Shown here: positions 51,512 through 64,000 of the stretch, one piece after another
Layout: every line of letters starts with the position of its first letter
Numbering within the stretch: position 1 is the first letter of the stretch
Assembly (NCBI GenBank): GCA_964016885.1
Contig: OZ024744.1
Location: 99,572,001-99,636,000 of the forward strand
Reading direction: 5' to 3'
DNA: 64,000 nt
From: Eledone cirrhosa
Lineage: Eukaryota
Position numbers and translations under genes: made by a program
Notes under the pieces: model-generated
The model's input: only the letters and a program-made list of their open reading frames with translations
The model's database searches: none
Told to the model about the DNA's origin: nothing

Positions 51512-54500
51512 CCCATAAAGTCTGGGAGTGTATGTAAGCCGAGATATATCCCCTCCCCCATAAAGACTGGGAGTGTATGTAAGCTGAGATATATCCTTCC
51601 CCCATAAAGTCTGGGAGTGTATGTAAGCTGACATATATCCCTTCCCCCATAAAGTCTGGGAGAGTATGTAAGCTGAGATATATCCCTTCCCCCTTAAAGT
51701 CTGGGAGTGTATGTAAGCTGAGATATATCCCTTCCCCCATAAAGTCTGGGAGTGTATGTAAGCCGAGATATATCCCCCCTCCCCCATAAAGTCTGGGAGT
51801 GTATGTAACCTGAGATATATCCCTTCCCCCATAAAGTCTGGGAGTGTATGTAAGCTGAGATATATCCCCTGCCCCTTAAAGTCTGGGAGTGTATGTAAGC
51901 TGAGATATATCCATTCCCTCATAAAGTCTGGGAGTGTATGTAAGCTGAGATATATCCCTTGCCCCATAAAGTCTGGGAGTGTATGTAAGCTTAGATATAT
52001 CCCCTCCCCCATAAAGTCTGGGAGTGTATGTAAGCTGAGATATATCCCCTCCCCCATAAAGTCTGGGAATGTATGTAAGCCAAGATATATCCCCTCCCCC
52101 ACAAAGTCTGGGAGTGTATGTAAGCTGAGATATGTCCCTTCCCCCATAAAGTCTGGGAGTGTATGTAAGCTGAGATATATCCCCCCTCCCCCATAAAGTC
52201 TGGGAGTGTATGTAAGCTGAGATATATCCCCTGCCCCATAAAGTCTGGGAGTGTATGTAAGCTGAGATATATCCCCCCTCCCCCATAAAGTCTGGGAGTG
52301 TATGTAAGCTGAGATATATCCCCCCTCCCCCATAAAGTCTGGGAGTGTATGTAAGCTGAGATATATCCCCTCCCCCATAAAGTCTGGGAGTGTATGTAAG
52401 CTGAGATATGTCCCTTCCCCCATAAAGTCTGGGAGTGTATGTAAGCTGAGATATATCCCCCTCCCCCATAAAGTCTGGGAGTGTATGTAAGCTGAGATAT
52501 ATCCCCCCTCCCCCATAAAGTCTGGGAGTGTATGTAAGCTGAGATATATCCCCCCTCCCCCATAAAGTCTGGGAGTGTATGTAAGCTGAGATATATCCCT
52601 TCCCCCATAAAGTCTGGGAGTGTATGTAAGCTGAGATATATCCCTTCCCTCATAAAGTCTGGGAGTGTATGTAAGCTGAGATATATCCCCCTCCCCCATA
52701 AAGTCTGGGAGTGTATGTAAGCTGAGATATATACCCTGCCCCATAAAGTCTGGGAGTGTATGTAAGCTGAGATATATCCCTTGCCCCATAAAGTCTGGGA
52801 GTGTATGTAAGCTGAGATATATCCCTTGCCCCATAAAGTCTGGGAGTGTATGTAAGCTGAGATATATACCCTGCCCCATAAAGTCTGGGAGTGTATGTAA
52901 GCTGAGATATATACCCTGCCCCATAAAGTCTGGGAGTGTATGTAAGCTGAGATATATCCCCCCTCCCCCATAAAGTCTGGGAGTGTATGTAAGTCGAGAT
53001 ATATCCCTTCCCCCATAAAGTCTGGGAGTGTATGTAAGCTGAGATATATCCCTTGCCCCATAAAGTCTGGGAGTGTATGTAAGCTGAGATATATCCCCTG
53101 CCCCATAAAGTCTGGGAGTGTATGTAAGCTGAGATATATCCCCTGCCCCATAAAGTCTGGGAGTGTATGTAAGCTGAGATATATCCCTTCCCCCATAAAG
53201 TCTGGGAGTGTATGTAAGCTGAGATATATCCCCCCTCCCCCATAAAGTCTGGGAGTGTATGTAAGCTGAGATATATCCCCTGCCCCATAAAGTCTGGGAG
53301 TGTATGTAAGCTGAGATATATCCCCCCTCCCCCATAAAGTCTGGGAGTGTATGTAAGCTGAGATATATCCCCCCTCCCCCATAAAGTCTGGAAGTGTATG
53401 TAAGCTGAGATATATCCCCCCTCCCCCATAAAGTCTGGGAGTGTATGTAAGCTGAGATATATCCCCCTGCCCCATAAAGTCTGGGAGTGTATGTAAGCTG
53501 AGATATATCCCTTCCCCAAAAAGTCTGGGAGTGTATGTAAGCTTAGATATATTCCCTCCCCCATAAAGTCTGGGAGTGTATGTAAGCTGAGATATATCCC
53601 TTTCCCCATAAAGTCTGGGAGTGTATGTAAGCTGAGATATATCCCTTTCCCCATAAAGTCTGGGAGTGTATGTAAGCTGAGATATATCCCCCCTCCCCCA
53701 TAAAGTCTGGGAGTGTATGTAAGCTGAGATATATCCCCTTCCCCATAAAGTCTGGAAGTGTATGTAAGCTGAGATATATCCCCCCTCCCCCATAAAGTCT
53801 GGGAGTGTATGTAAGCTGAGATATATCCCTTCCCCCATAAAGTCTGGGAGTGTATGTAAGCTGAGATATATCCCCCTGCCCCATAAAGTCTGGGAGTGTA
53901 TGTAAGCTGAGATATATCCCCCCTCCCCCATAAAGTCTGGGAGTGTATGTAAGCTGAGATATATCCCCCTCCCCCATAAAGTCTGGGAGTGTATGTAAGC
54001 TGAGATATATCCCCTCCCCCATAAAGTCTGGGAGTGTATGTAAGCTGAGATATATCCCCCCTCCCCCATAAAGTCTGGGAGTGTATGTAAGCTGAGATAT
54101 ATCCCCCTGCCCCATAAAGTCTGGGAGTGTATGTAAGCTGAGATATATCCTCCTGCCCCATAAAGTCTGGGAGTGTATGTAAGCTGAGATATATCCCTTC
54201 CCCCATAAAGTCTGGGAGTGTATGTAAGCTGAGATATATCCCCCTGCCCCATAAAGTCTGGGAGTGTATGTAAGCCGAGATATATCCCTTCCCCCATAAA
54301 GTCTGGGAGTGTATGTAAGCTGAGATATATCCCTTCCCCCATAAAGTCTGGGAGTGTATGTAAGCTGAGATATATCCCCCCTCCCCCATAAAGTCTGGGA
54401 GTGTATGTAAGCTGAGATATATCCCCTGCCCCATAAAGTCTGGGAGTGTATGTAAGCTGACATATATCCCTTCCCCCATAAATCTGGGAGTGTATGTAAG

Positions 54501-57500
54501 CCAAGATATATCCCTTCCCCATAAAGTCTGGAAGTGTATGTAAGCCGAGATATATCCCCCCTCCCCCATAAAGTCTGGGAGTGTATGTAAGCTGAGATAT
54601 ATCCCCCCTCCCCCATAAAGTCTGGGAGTGTATGTAAGCTGAGATATATCCCCCCTCCCCCATAAAGTCTGGGAGTGTATGTAAGCCGAGATATATCCCC
54701 CCTCCCCCATAAAGTCTGGGAGTGTATGTAAGCCGAGATATATCCCCCCTCCCCCATAAAGTCTGGGAGTGTATGTAAGCCGAGATATATCCCCCCTCCC
54801 CCATAAAGTCTGGGAGTGTATGTAAGCCGAGATATATCCCCTCCCCCATAAAGTCTGGGAGTGTATGTAAGCTGAGATATATCCCCTCCCCCATAAAGTC
54901 TGGGAGTGTATGTAAGCTGAGATATATCCCTTCCCCCATAAAGTCTGGGAGTGTATGTAAGCTGAGATATATCCCCCTGCCCCATAAAGTCTGGGAGTGT
55001 ATGTAAGCTGAGATATATCCCCTGCCCCATAAATCTGGGAGTGTATGTAAGCCAAGATATATCCCTTCCCCATAAAGTCTGGAAGTGTATGTAAGCCGAG
55101 ATATATCCCCTCCCCCATAAAGTCTGGGAGTGTATGTAAGCTGAGATATATCCCCTCCCCATAAATCTGGGAGTGTATGTAAGCCAAGATATATCCCTTC
55201 CCCATAAAGTCTGGAAGTGTATGTAAGCCGAGATATATCCCCTCCCCCATAAAGTCTGGGAGTGTATGTAAGCCGAGATATATCCCTTCCCCCATAAAGT
55301 CTGGGAGTGTATGTAAGCTGAGATATATCCCCCTCCCCCATAAAGTCTGGGAGTGTATGTAAGCTGAGATATATCCCCTCCCCCATAAAGTCTGGGAGTG
55401 TATGTAAGCCGAGATATATCCCTTCCCCCATAAAGTCTGGGAGTGTATGTAAGCTGAGATATATCCCCCTCCCCCATAAAGTCTGGGAGTGTATGTAAGC
55501 TGAGATATATCCCCTCCCCCATAAAGTCTGGGAGTGTATGTAAGCCAAGATATATCCCCTGCCCCATTAAGTCTGGGAGTGTATGTAAGCTGAGATATAT
55601 CCCCTCCCCCATAAAGTCTGGGAGTGTATGTAAGCTGAGATATATCCCCCTGCCCCATAAAGTCTGGAAGTGTATGTAAGCCGAGATATATCCCCCCTCC
55701 CCCATAAAGTCTGGGAGTGTATGTAAGCCGAGATATATCCCTTCCCCCATAAAGTCTGGGAGTGTATGTAAGCTGAGATATATCCCCCCCCCATAAAATC
55801 TGGGAGTGTATGTAAGCTGAGATATATCCCCTCCCCCATAAAGTCTGGGAGTGTATGTAAGCTGAGATATATCCCCTCCCCCATAAAGTCTGGGAGTGTA
55901 TGTAAGCTGAGATATATCCCCCCCCCATAAAATCTGGGAGTGTATGTAAGCTGAGATATATCCCCTGCCCCATAAAGTCTGGGAGTGTATGTAAGCCGAG
56001 ATATATCCCTTCCCCCATAAAGTCTGGGAGTGTATGTAAGCTGAGATATATCCCCCTCCCCCATAAAGTCTGGGAGTGTATGTAAGCTGAGATATATCCC
56101 CCTCCCCCATAAAGTCTGGGAGTGTATGTAAGCCGAGATATATCCCTTCCCCCATAAAGTCTGGGAGTGTATGTAAGCTGAGATATATCCCCCTCCCCCA
56201 TAAAGTCTGGGAGTGTATGTAAGCTGAGATATATCCCCTCCCCCATAAAGTCTGGGAGTGTATGTAAGCCAAGATATATCCCCTGCCCCATAAAGTCTGG
56301 GAGTGTATGTAAGCTGAGATATATCCCCTCCCCCATAAAGTCTGGGAGTGTATGTAAGCTGAGATATATCCCCCTGCCCCATAAAGTCTGGAAGTGTATG
56401 TAAGCCGAGATATATCCCCCCTCCCCCATAAAGTCTGGGAGTGTATGTAAGCCGAGATATATCCCTTCCCCCATAAAGTCTGGGAGTGTATGTAAGCTGA
56501 GATATATCCCCCCCCCATAAAATCTGGGAGTGTATGTAAGCTGAGATATATCCCCTCCCCCATAAAGTCTGGGAGTGTATGTAAGCTGAGATATATCCCC
56601 CCCCCATAAAATCTGGGAGTGTATGTAAGCTGAGATATATCCCCTGCCCCATAAAGTCTGGGAGTGTATGTAAGCTGAGATATATCCCCTGCCCCATAAA
56701 GTCTGGGAGTGTATGTAAGCTGAGATATATCCCCTGCCCCATAAAGTCTGGGAATGTATGTAAGCTGAGATATATCCCCTCCCCCATAAAGTCTGGGAGT
56801 GTATGTAAGCTGAGATATATCCCCCCCCCCCCATAAAATCTGGGAGTGTATGTAAGCTGAGATATATCCCCTCCCCCATAAAGTCTGGGAGTGTATGTAA
56901 GCCGAGATATATCCCCTGCCCCATAAAGTCTGGGAGTGTATGTAAGCTGAGATATATCCCCTGCCCCATAAAGTCTGGGAGTGTATGTAAGCTGAGATAT
57001 ATCCCCTGCCCCATAAAGTCTGGGAGTGTATGTAAGCTGAGATATATCCCTTGCCCCATAAAGTCTGGGAGTGTATGTAAGCTGAGATATATCCCCTGCC
57101 CCATAAAGTCTGGGAATGTATGTAAGCCGAGATATATCCCCTGCCCCATAAAGTCTGGGAGTGTATGTAAGCTGAGATATATCCCCCCTCCCCCATAAAG
57201 TCTGGGAGTGTATGTAAGCTGAGATATATCCCTTCCCCCATAAAGTCTGGGAGTGTATGTAAGCCGAGATATATCCCCTCCCCCATAAAGTCTGGGAGTG
57301 TATGTAAGCTGAGATATATCCCCTCCCCCATAAAGTCTGGGAGTGTATGTAAGCTGAGATATATCCCTTCCCCCATAAAGTCTGGGAGTGTATGTAAGCT
57401 GAGATATATCCCCTGCCCCATAAAGTCTGGGAATGTATGTAAGCCGAGATATATCCCCTGCCCCATAAAGTCTGGGAGTGTATGTAAGCTGAGATATATC

Positions 57501-60500
57501 CCCCCTCCCCCATAAAGTCTGGGAGTGTATGTAAGCTGAGATATATCCCTTCCCCCATAAAGTCTGGGAGTGTATGTAAGCCGAGATATATCCCCTCCCC
57601 CATAAAGTCTGGGAGTGTATGTAAGCTGAGATATATCCCCCTGCCCCATAAAGTCTGGGAGTGTATGTAAGCTGAGATATATCCCCCCCCCATAAAATCT
57701 GGGAGTGTATGTAAGCTGAGATATATCCCCTCCCCCATAAAGTCTGGGAGTGTATGTAAGCTGAGATATATCCCCTCCCCCATAAAGTCTGGGAGTGTAT
57801 GTAAGCTGAGATATATCCCCCCCCCATAAAATCTGGGAGTGTATGTAAGCTGAGATATATCCCCTGCCCCATAAAGTCTGGGAGTGTATGTAAGCCGAGA
57901 TATATCCCTTCCCCCATAAAGTCTGGGAGTGTATGTAAGCTGAGATATATCCCCCTCCCCCATAAAGTCTGGGAGTGTATGTAAGCTGAGATATATCCCC
58001 TCCCCCATAAAGTCTGGGAGTGTATGTAAGCCGAGATATATCCCTTCCCCCATAAAGTCTGGGAGTGTATGTAAGCTGAGATATATCCCCCTCCCCCATA
58101 AAGTCTGGGAGTGTATGTAAGCTGAGATATATCCCCTCCCCCATAAAGTCTGGGAGTGTATGTAAGCCAAGATATATCCCCTGCCCCATAAAGTCTGGGA
58201 GTGTATGTAAGCTGAGATATATCCCCTCCCCCATAAAGTCTGGGAGTGTATGTAAGCTGAGATATATCCCCCTGCCCCATAAAGTCTGGAAGTGTATGTA
58301 AGCCGAGATATATCCCCCCTCCCCCATAAAGTCTGGGAGTGTATGTAAGCCGAGATATATCCCTTCCCCCATAAAGTCTGGGAGTGTATGTAAGCTGAGA
58401 TATATCCCCCCCCCATAAAATCTGGGAGTGTATGTAAGCTGAGATATATCCCCTCCCCCATAAAGTCTGGGAGTGTATGTAAGCTGAGATATATCCCCCC
58501 CCCATAAAATCTGGGAGTGTATGTAAGCTGAGATATATCCCCTGCCCCATAAAGTCTGGGAGTGTATGTAAGCTGAGATATATCCCCTGCCCCATAAAGT
58601 CTGGGAGTGTATGTAAGCTGAGATATATCCCCTGCCCCATAAAGTCTGGGAATGTATGTAAGCTGAGATATATCCCCTCCCCCATAAAGTCTGGGAGTGT
58701 ATGTAAGCTGAGATATATCCCCCCCCCCCCATAAAATCTGGGAGTGTATGTAAGCTGAGATATATCCCCTCCCCCATAAAGTCTGGGAGTGTATGTAAGC
58801 CGAGATATATCCCCTGCCCCATAAAGTCTGGGAGTGTATGTAAGCTGAGATATATCCCCTGCCCCATAAAGTCTGGGAGTGTATGTAAGCTGAGATATAT
58901 CCCCTGCCCCATAAAGTCTGGGAGTGTATGTAAGCTGAGATATATCCCTTGCCCCATAAAGTCTGGGAGTGTATGTAAGCTGAGATATATCCCCTGCCCC
59001 ATAAAGTCTGGGAATGTATGTAAGCCGAGATATATCCCCTGCCCCATAAAGTCTGGGAGTGTATGTAAGCTGAGATATATCCCCCCTCCCCCATAAAGTC
59101 TGGGAGTGTATGTAAGCTGAGATATATCCCTTCCCCCATAAAGTCTGGGAGTGTATGTAAGCCGAGATATATCCCCTCCCCCATAAAGTCTGGGAGTGTA
59201 TGTAAGCTGAGATATATCCCCTCCCCCATAAAGTCTGGGAGTGTATGTAAGCTGAGATATATCCCTTCCCCCATAAAGTCTGGGAGTGTATGTAAGCTGA
59301 GATATATCCCCTGCCCCATAAAGTCTGGGAATGTATGTAAGCCGAGATATATCCCCTGCCCCATAAAGTCTGGGAGTGTATGTAAGCTGAGATATATCCC
59401 CCCTCCCCCATAAAGTCTGGGAGTGTATGTAAGCTGAGATATATCCCTTCCCCCATAAAGTCTGGGAGTGTATGTAAGCCGAGATATATCCCCTCCCCCA
59501 TAAAGTCTGGGAGTGTATGTAAGCTGAGATATATCCCCCTGCCCCATAAAGTCTGGGAGTGTATGTAAGCTGAGATATATCCCCTCCCCATAAAGTCTGG
59601 GAGTGTATGTAAGCTGAGATATATCCCCCTCCCCCATAAAGTCTGGGAGTGTATGTAAGCTGAGATATATCCCCCCTCCCCCATAAAGTCTGGGAGTGTA
59701 TGTAAGCTGAGATATATCCCCCTGCCCCATAAAGTCTGGGAGTGTATGTAAGCTTAGATATATCCCCCTCCCCCATAAAGTCTGGGAGTGTATGTAAGCT
59801 GAGATATATCCCCCCTCCCCCATAAAGTCTGGGAGTGTATGTAAGCTGAGATATATCCCCTGCCCCATAAAGTCTGGGAGTGTATGTAAGCTGAGATATA
59901 TCCCTCACCCATAAAGTCTGGGAGTGTATGTAAGCTGAGATATATCCCCCTGCCCCATAAAGTCTGGGAGTGTATGTAAGCTGAGATATATCCCCCTCCC
60001 CCATAAAGTCTGGGAGTGTATGTAAGCTGAGATATATCCCCCCTCCCCCATAAAGTCTGGGAGTGTATGTAAGCTGAGATATATCCCCCTGCCCCATAAA
60101 GTCTGGGAGTGTATGTAAGCTTAGATATATCCCCCTCCCCCATAAAGTCTGGGAGTGTATGTAAGCTGAGATATATCCCCCCTCCCCCATAAAGTCTGGG
60201 AGTGTATGTAAGCTGAGATATATCCCCTGCCCCATAAAGTCTGGGAGTGTATGTAAGCTGAGATATATCCCCCCTCCCCCATAAAGTCTGGGAGTGTATG
60301 TAAGCTGAGATATATCCCCCCTCCCCCATAAAGTCTGGGAGTGTATGTAAGCTGAGATATATCCCCTGCCCCATAAAGTCTGGGAGTGTATGTAAGCTGA
60401 GATATATCCCCCTGCCCCATAAAGTCTGGGAGTGTATGTAAGCTGAGATATATCCCCCTGCCCCATAAAGTCTGGGAGTGTATGTAAGCTGAGATATATC

Positions 60501-61540
60501 CCCCCTCCCCCATAAAGTCTGGGAGTGTATGTAAGCTGAGATATATCCCCTGCCCCATAAAGTCTGGGAGTGTATGTAAGCTGAGATATATCCCCCTGCC
60601 CCATAAAGTCTGGGAGTGTATGTAAGCTGAGATATATCCCCCTCCCCCATAAAGTCTGGGAGTGTATGTAAGCTGAGATATATCCCCTCCCCCATAAAGT
60701 CTGGGAGTGTATGTAAGCTGAGATATATCCCCTCCCCCATAAAGTCTGGGAGTGTATGTAAGCTGAGATATATCCCCCCTCCCCCATAAAGTCTGGGAGT
60801 GTATGTAAGTCGAGATATATCCCTTCCCCCATAAAGTCTGGGAGTGTATGTAAGCTGAGACATATCCCCTGCGCCATAAAGTCTGGGAGTGTATGTAAGC
60901 TGAGATATATCCCTTCCCTCATAAAGTCTGGGAGTGTATGTAAGCTGAGATATATCCCTTCCCCCATAAAGTCTGGGAGTGTATGTAAGCCGAGATATAT
61001 CCCTTCCCCCATAAAGTCTGGGAGTGTATGTAAGCTGAGATATATCCCCCCTCCCCCATAAAGTCTGGGAGTGTATGTAAGCTGAGATATGTCCCTTCCC
61101 CCATAAAGTCTGGGAGTGTATGTAAGCTGAGATTTATCCCCTGCCCCATAAAGTCTGGGAGTGTATGTAAGCTGAGATATATCCCTTCCCCCATAAAGTC
61201 TGGGAGTGTATGTAAGCTGAGATATATCCCCTCCCCCATAAAGTCTGGGAGTGTATGTAAGCTGAGATATATCCCCCCTCCCCCATAAAGTCTGGGAGTG
61301 TATGTAAGCTGAGATATATCCCCCCTTCCCCCTTAAAGTCTGGGAATGTATGTAAGCCGAGATATGTCCCCCCTCACCCATAAAGTCTGGGAGTGTATGT
61401 AAGCTGAGATATATCCCTTCCCCCATAAAGTCTGGGAGTGTATGTAAGCCGAGATATATCCCCCCCGTGCCCCATAAAGTCTGGGAGTGTATATAAGCTG
61501 AGATATATCCCTACCCCCATAAAGTCTGGGAATGTATGTA
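51512..61540. repeat. 44-47-bp satellite, ~10.0 kb, ~220 monomers
   Basis: Constant ATAAAGTCTGGGAGTGTATGTAAGCTGAGATATAT plus a variable C-run block such as CCCCTCCCCC. Confidence 0.98.
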
Positions 61541-62101
61541 GAGTGGGATATTCCACTGCAGTGTCTGCTCCACAATGATGTGTAAACTGGTGATCTGATC
61601 AACACAAGATCTGTTGATGTAGAGTGGGATATTCCACTCCAGTGACTGCTCCACAATGATGTATAGACTGGTGATCTGATCAACACAAGATCTGTTGATG
61701 TAGAGTGGGATATTCCACTCCAGTGACTGCTCCACAATGATGTATAGACTGGTGATCTGATCAACACAAGATCTGTTGATGTAGAGTGGGATATTCCACT
61801 CCAGTGACTGCTCCACAATGATGTATAGACTGGTGATCTGATCAACACAAGATCTGTTGATGTAGAGTGGGATATTCCACTCTAGTGACTGCTCCACAAT
61901 GATGTATAGACTGGTGATCTGATCAACACAAGATCTGTTGATGTAGAGTGGGATATTCCACTCCAGTGACTGCTCCACAATGATGTGTAGGCTGGTGATC
62001 TGATCAACACAAGATCTGTTGATGTAGAGTGGGATATTCCACTCCAGTGACTGCTCCACAATGATGTATAGACTGGTGATCTGATCAGCACAAGATCTGT
62101 T
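61541..62101 (-). repeat. 81-bp (27-codon) tandem repeat, 7 copies, from an RTE RT segment
   Basis: Anchors at 61541, 61622 and 61703. ORF 61511-62116 is (NRSCVDQITSLYIIVEQSLEWNIPLYI)x7. Confidence 0.95.
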
Positions 62102-62285
62102 CCTGCAGAATCCCACTTACTGAACCTGGGGCTTGGGGCTGACTGCTTTCCTTTATCTTCTCCAGTAGTACTCTGTTGAGAACCTTGCCCGGCAATGACA
62201 GGAGATGATCCCTTGGTAGTTGCTGCAGTCCTTGAGGTCACCCTTCTTTGGCAGTTTGATGATGATCCCTTTGCATCTCCAAGTC
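62102..62285 (-). mobile_element. RTE RT N-terminal fragment contiguous with the 81-bp array
   Basis: KGIIIKLPKKGDLKDCSNYQGI..GF.RNRSC. Confidence 0.85.
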
Positions 62286-62665
62286 CAATATGAAGGCGGT
62301 ACTGCTATATGAAGGACCACAAAGAAGATAAAGCAGAAGACCCAGACATTCTTCAACACCTGTCTGAGGTACATCTACAACATCAAATGGCTGGAGAAGA
62401 TCAGAAATAAAGATCTGTGTGAGTGAGCAAGACAGGAACCAGTGGCTAAGCAGATCCTGCAGAGGAACTGGAGGTAGATTTGACATACCCTCAGGTAAAA
62501 CCAGAATCCAGTACCACACACCAACCCTGACTTGGAACCCACAGGGTAAAAGTAAGAAAGGCCAGCCCTGTGGCAACAGGTGTGACATTGAGGCTGAATT
62601 TAGAAAACTGGAAGCCAATTGGAGTGGAGTGGAGTGATGAGAGCAGCCCAGAATCATGTATGATG
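62286..62665 (+). mobile_element. RTE C-terminal fragment in the opposite orientation
   Basis: TKKIKQKTQTFFNTCLRYIYNIKW..HTLR..LTWNPQGKSKKGQP. Confidence 0.82.
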
Positions 62666-62674
62666 GCAGCTCGA

Positions 62675-63225
62675 CTCCTTTTTGTCCTTTCTCTGCTCCT
62701 TCCACCCCACCTTTGAGTTCACCACCTCAGAGTTCTCCACTTCTGTTAACTTCCTGGATATCTTTGTAACCTTTGACTCTTCCAATCACTCCATCTCCAC
62801 CTCCACCTACTTCAAGCCCTTGGATTCCCACACCCACCTCGACTTCTCCTCCTCACACTCCACCCACACAAAACACTCCCTCCCCTATTCCCAGTTCCTC
62901 CGCCTACGCCACCTGAGATTAAGTCTCATTACATGACCAGACATTACACTAGATGTAGATACCCCCTACCCTGATCCAAGCCACCCTCATCCATGCCCAT
63001 GGAATCAAACACACAACTGCTCTTACTCCATGCTATCACACCCCTACCAACTGACTGCCCTTCTCCCTCACCTACCACCCTTCTATCTTGTCCCTCCAAA
63101 ACATGATCCCCCATCTTTTCCACTGCCTACAGTCTGATCCTTTAACCTCAGCCTTTTCCCCCTCCCACCCCTCCCTTTATTCAAGTGCGCTCGTAACCTT
63201 TGGAACCTTCTCGTCCACAGTGATC
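62675..63225 (+). mobile_element. Penelope-like RT/thumb remnant
   Basis: FHPTFEFT..VNFLDI..STYFKPLDSHTHLDFSSSH..SLPYSQFLRLR, followed by PFSLTYHP. Confidence 0.85.
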
Positions 63226-63579
63226 AGATGTGGGAGATGCATGGAGGAGGGAGGGAGGATAGTGGTTAAGAGGTTCATACTAGATGTATGCTTCAATCCA
63301 TGTGCATGGGAAGACGGGTCTTCTGTATTACTGTATAACACCAAAGCTCTCGAGAGATCCCGCTTTAGGGTGAAAACAGAAATTGTTTGCTTAAACTTTT
63401 AATCTATACTAATATTAAATATTTGCTCTACAGGCTTAAATATACTTATATATACACAACCCTTGTTGACTTCTTTCTAGGTTTTGCTCTTTGTATTTAT
63501 TAATACTACTGTGCATATATATCGCGACGACTTTACAGTGTGGACTGGGGGGGCTTCACTAGATGTATGATTTAGCCTG

Positions 63580-63830
63580 TCCTCATAGGAGGTGTATGGA
63601 AGATTGTGATGGAGTGGAGGTGTATATAGTACCTTCTTCTGTTATATTAAGCTGGAAGTCCAGCAGAGATAAGGGACTATGTTTATCGGGGTGTTCTACC
63701 GTGAATCTTATGTTGTTATCTATGTTTGAGAATGTCGTAGATATTATGTCAGCCTCTTGACGGGATGATGTGAGGATGAGTATATCATCCATGTATCGGG
63801 TGAAGAAGATACTGGAGCTAAATCCGGATA
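63580..63830 (-). mobile_element. Penelope-like RT remnant (second family)
   Basis: FFTRYMDDILIL..NIRFTVE..LSLLD. Confidence 0.8.
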
Positions 63831-64000
63831 CATAAGAAATGAACTTATGTGTATGTGGAATAATTGCAGCAAGACGGATGACCAGATCACTCACACTGCA
63901 TACTACTGAAGACAAACGGACACCCAACATCTACAGTGAATTGTCTTAGGAATCGAAGGTGCGAGAATCATAAGAACTTCTCTAACACCTGCTTCATGAA

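Noticed and set aside
51347-61556. Giant minus-strand ORFs (up to 2627 aa)
   Set aside because: All three frames are open simply because the monomer lacks stops. Monomer length varies from 44 to 47 nt, so frame is not conserved.

Overview
Gene-free, repeat-saturated eukaryotic DNA. The SINE/RTE complement resembles Octopus-like cephalopods (inference). I see no host protein-coding exon. About 45% of the window is tandem arrays: two ~10-kb satellites (85-bp and ~45-bp monomers), smaller 123, 110, 31, 49, ~114 and 81-bp arrays, and long (TA)n, (GA)n and (GGT/GAT)n tracts. The rest is nested mobile DNA: RTE LINEs (one nearly full length), CR1-, CRE-, R4/Dong- and Hero-like LINE remnants, Penelope-like remnants, tRNA-SINEs, Helitrons, MITEs and two solo LTRs. 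Two patterns stand out. (1) At 23.5-33.4 kb, several unrelated non-coding elements sit in (TA)n tracts with outward-pointing inverted arms (one arm with an extra tail) and carry hammerhead-ribozyme folds, including a canonical minimal one with compensatory changes and an unusual U3-A8 core variant. These are probably non-autonomous Penelope-like elements. (2) Nearly every array can be traced by eye to a piece of a transposon in the same window, e.g. the 85-bp satellite is the amplified TTAA+TIR end of a MITE. All alignments and folds were done by eye, and family names come from motif recognition, not database searches.
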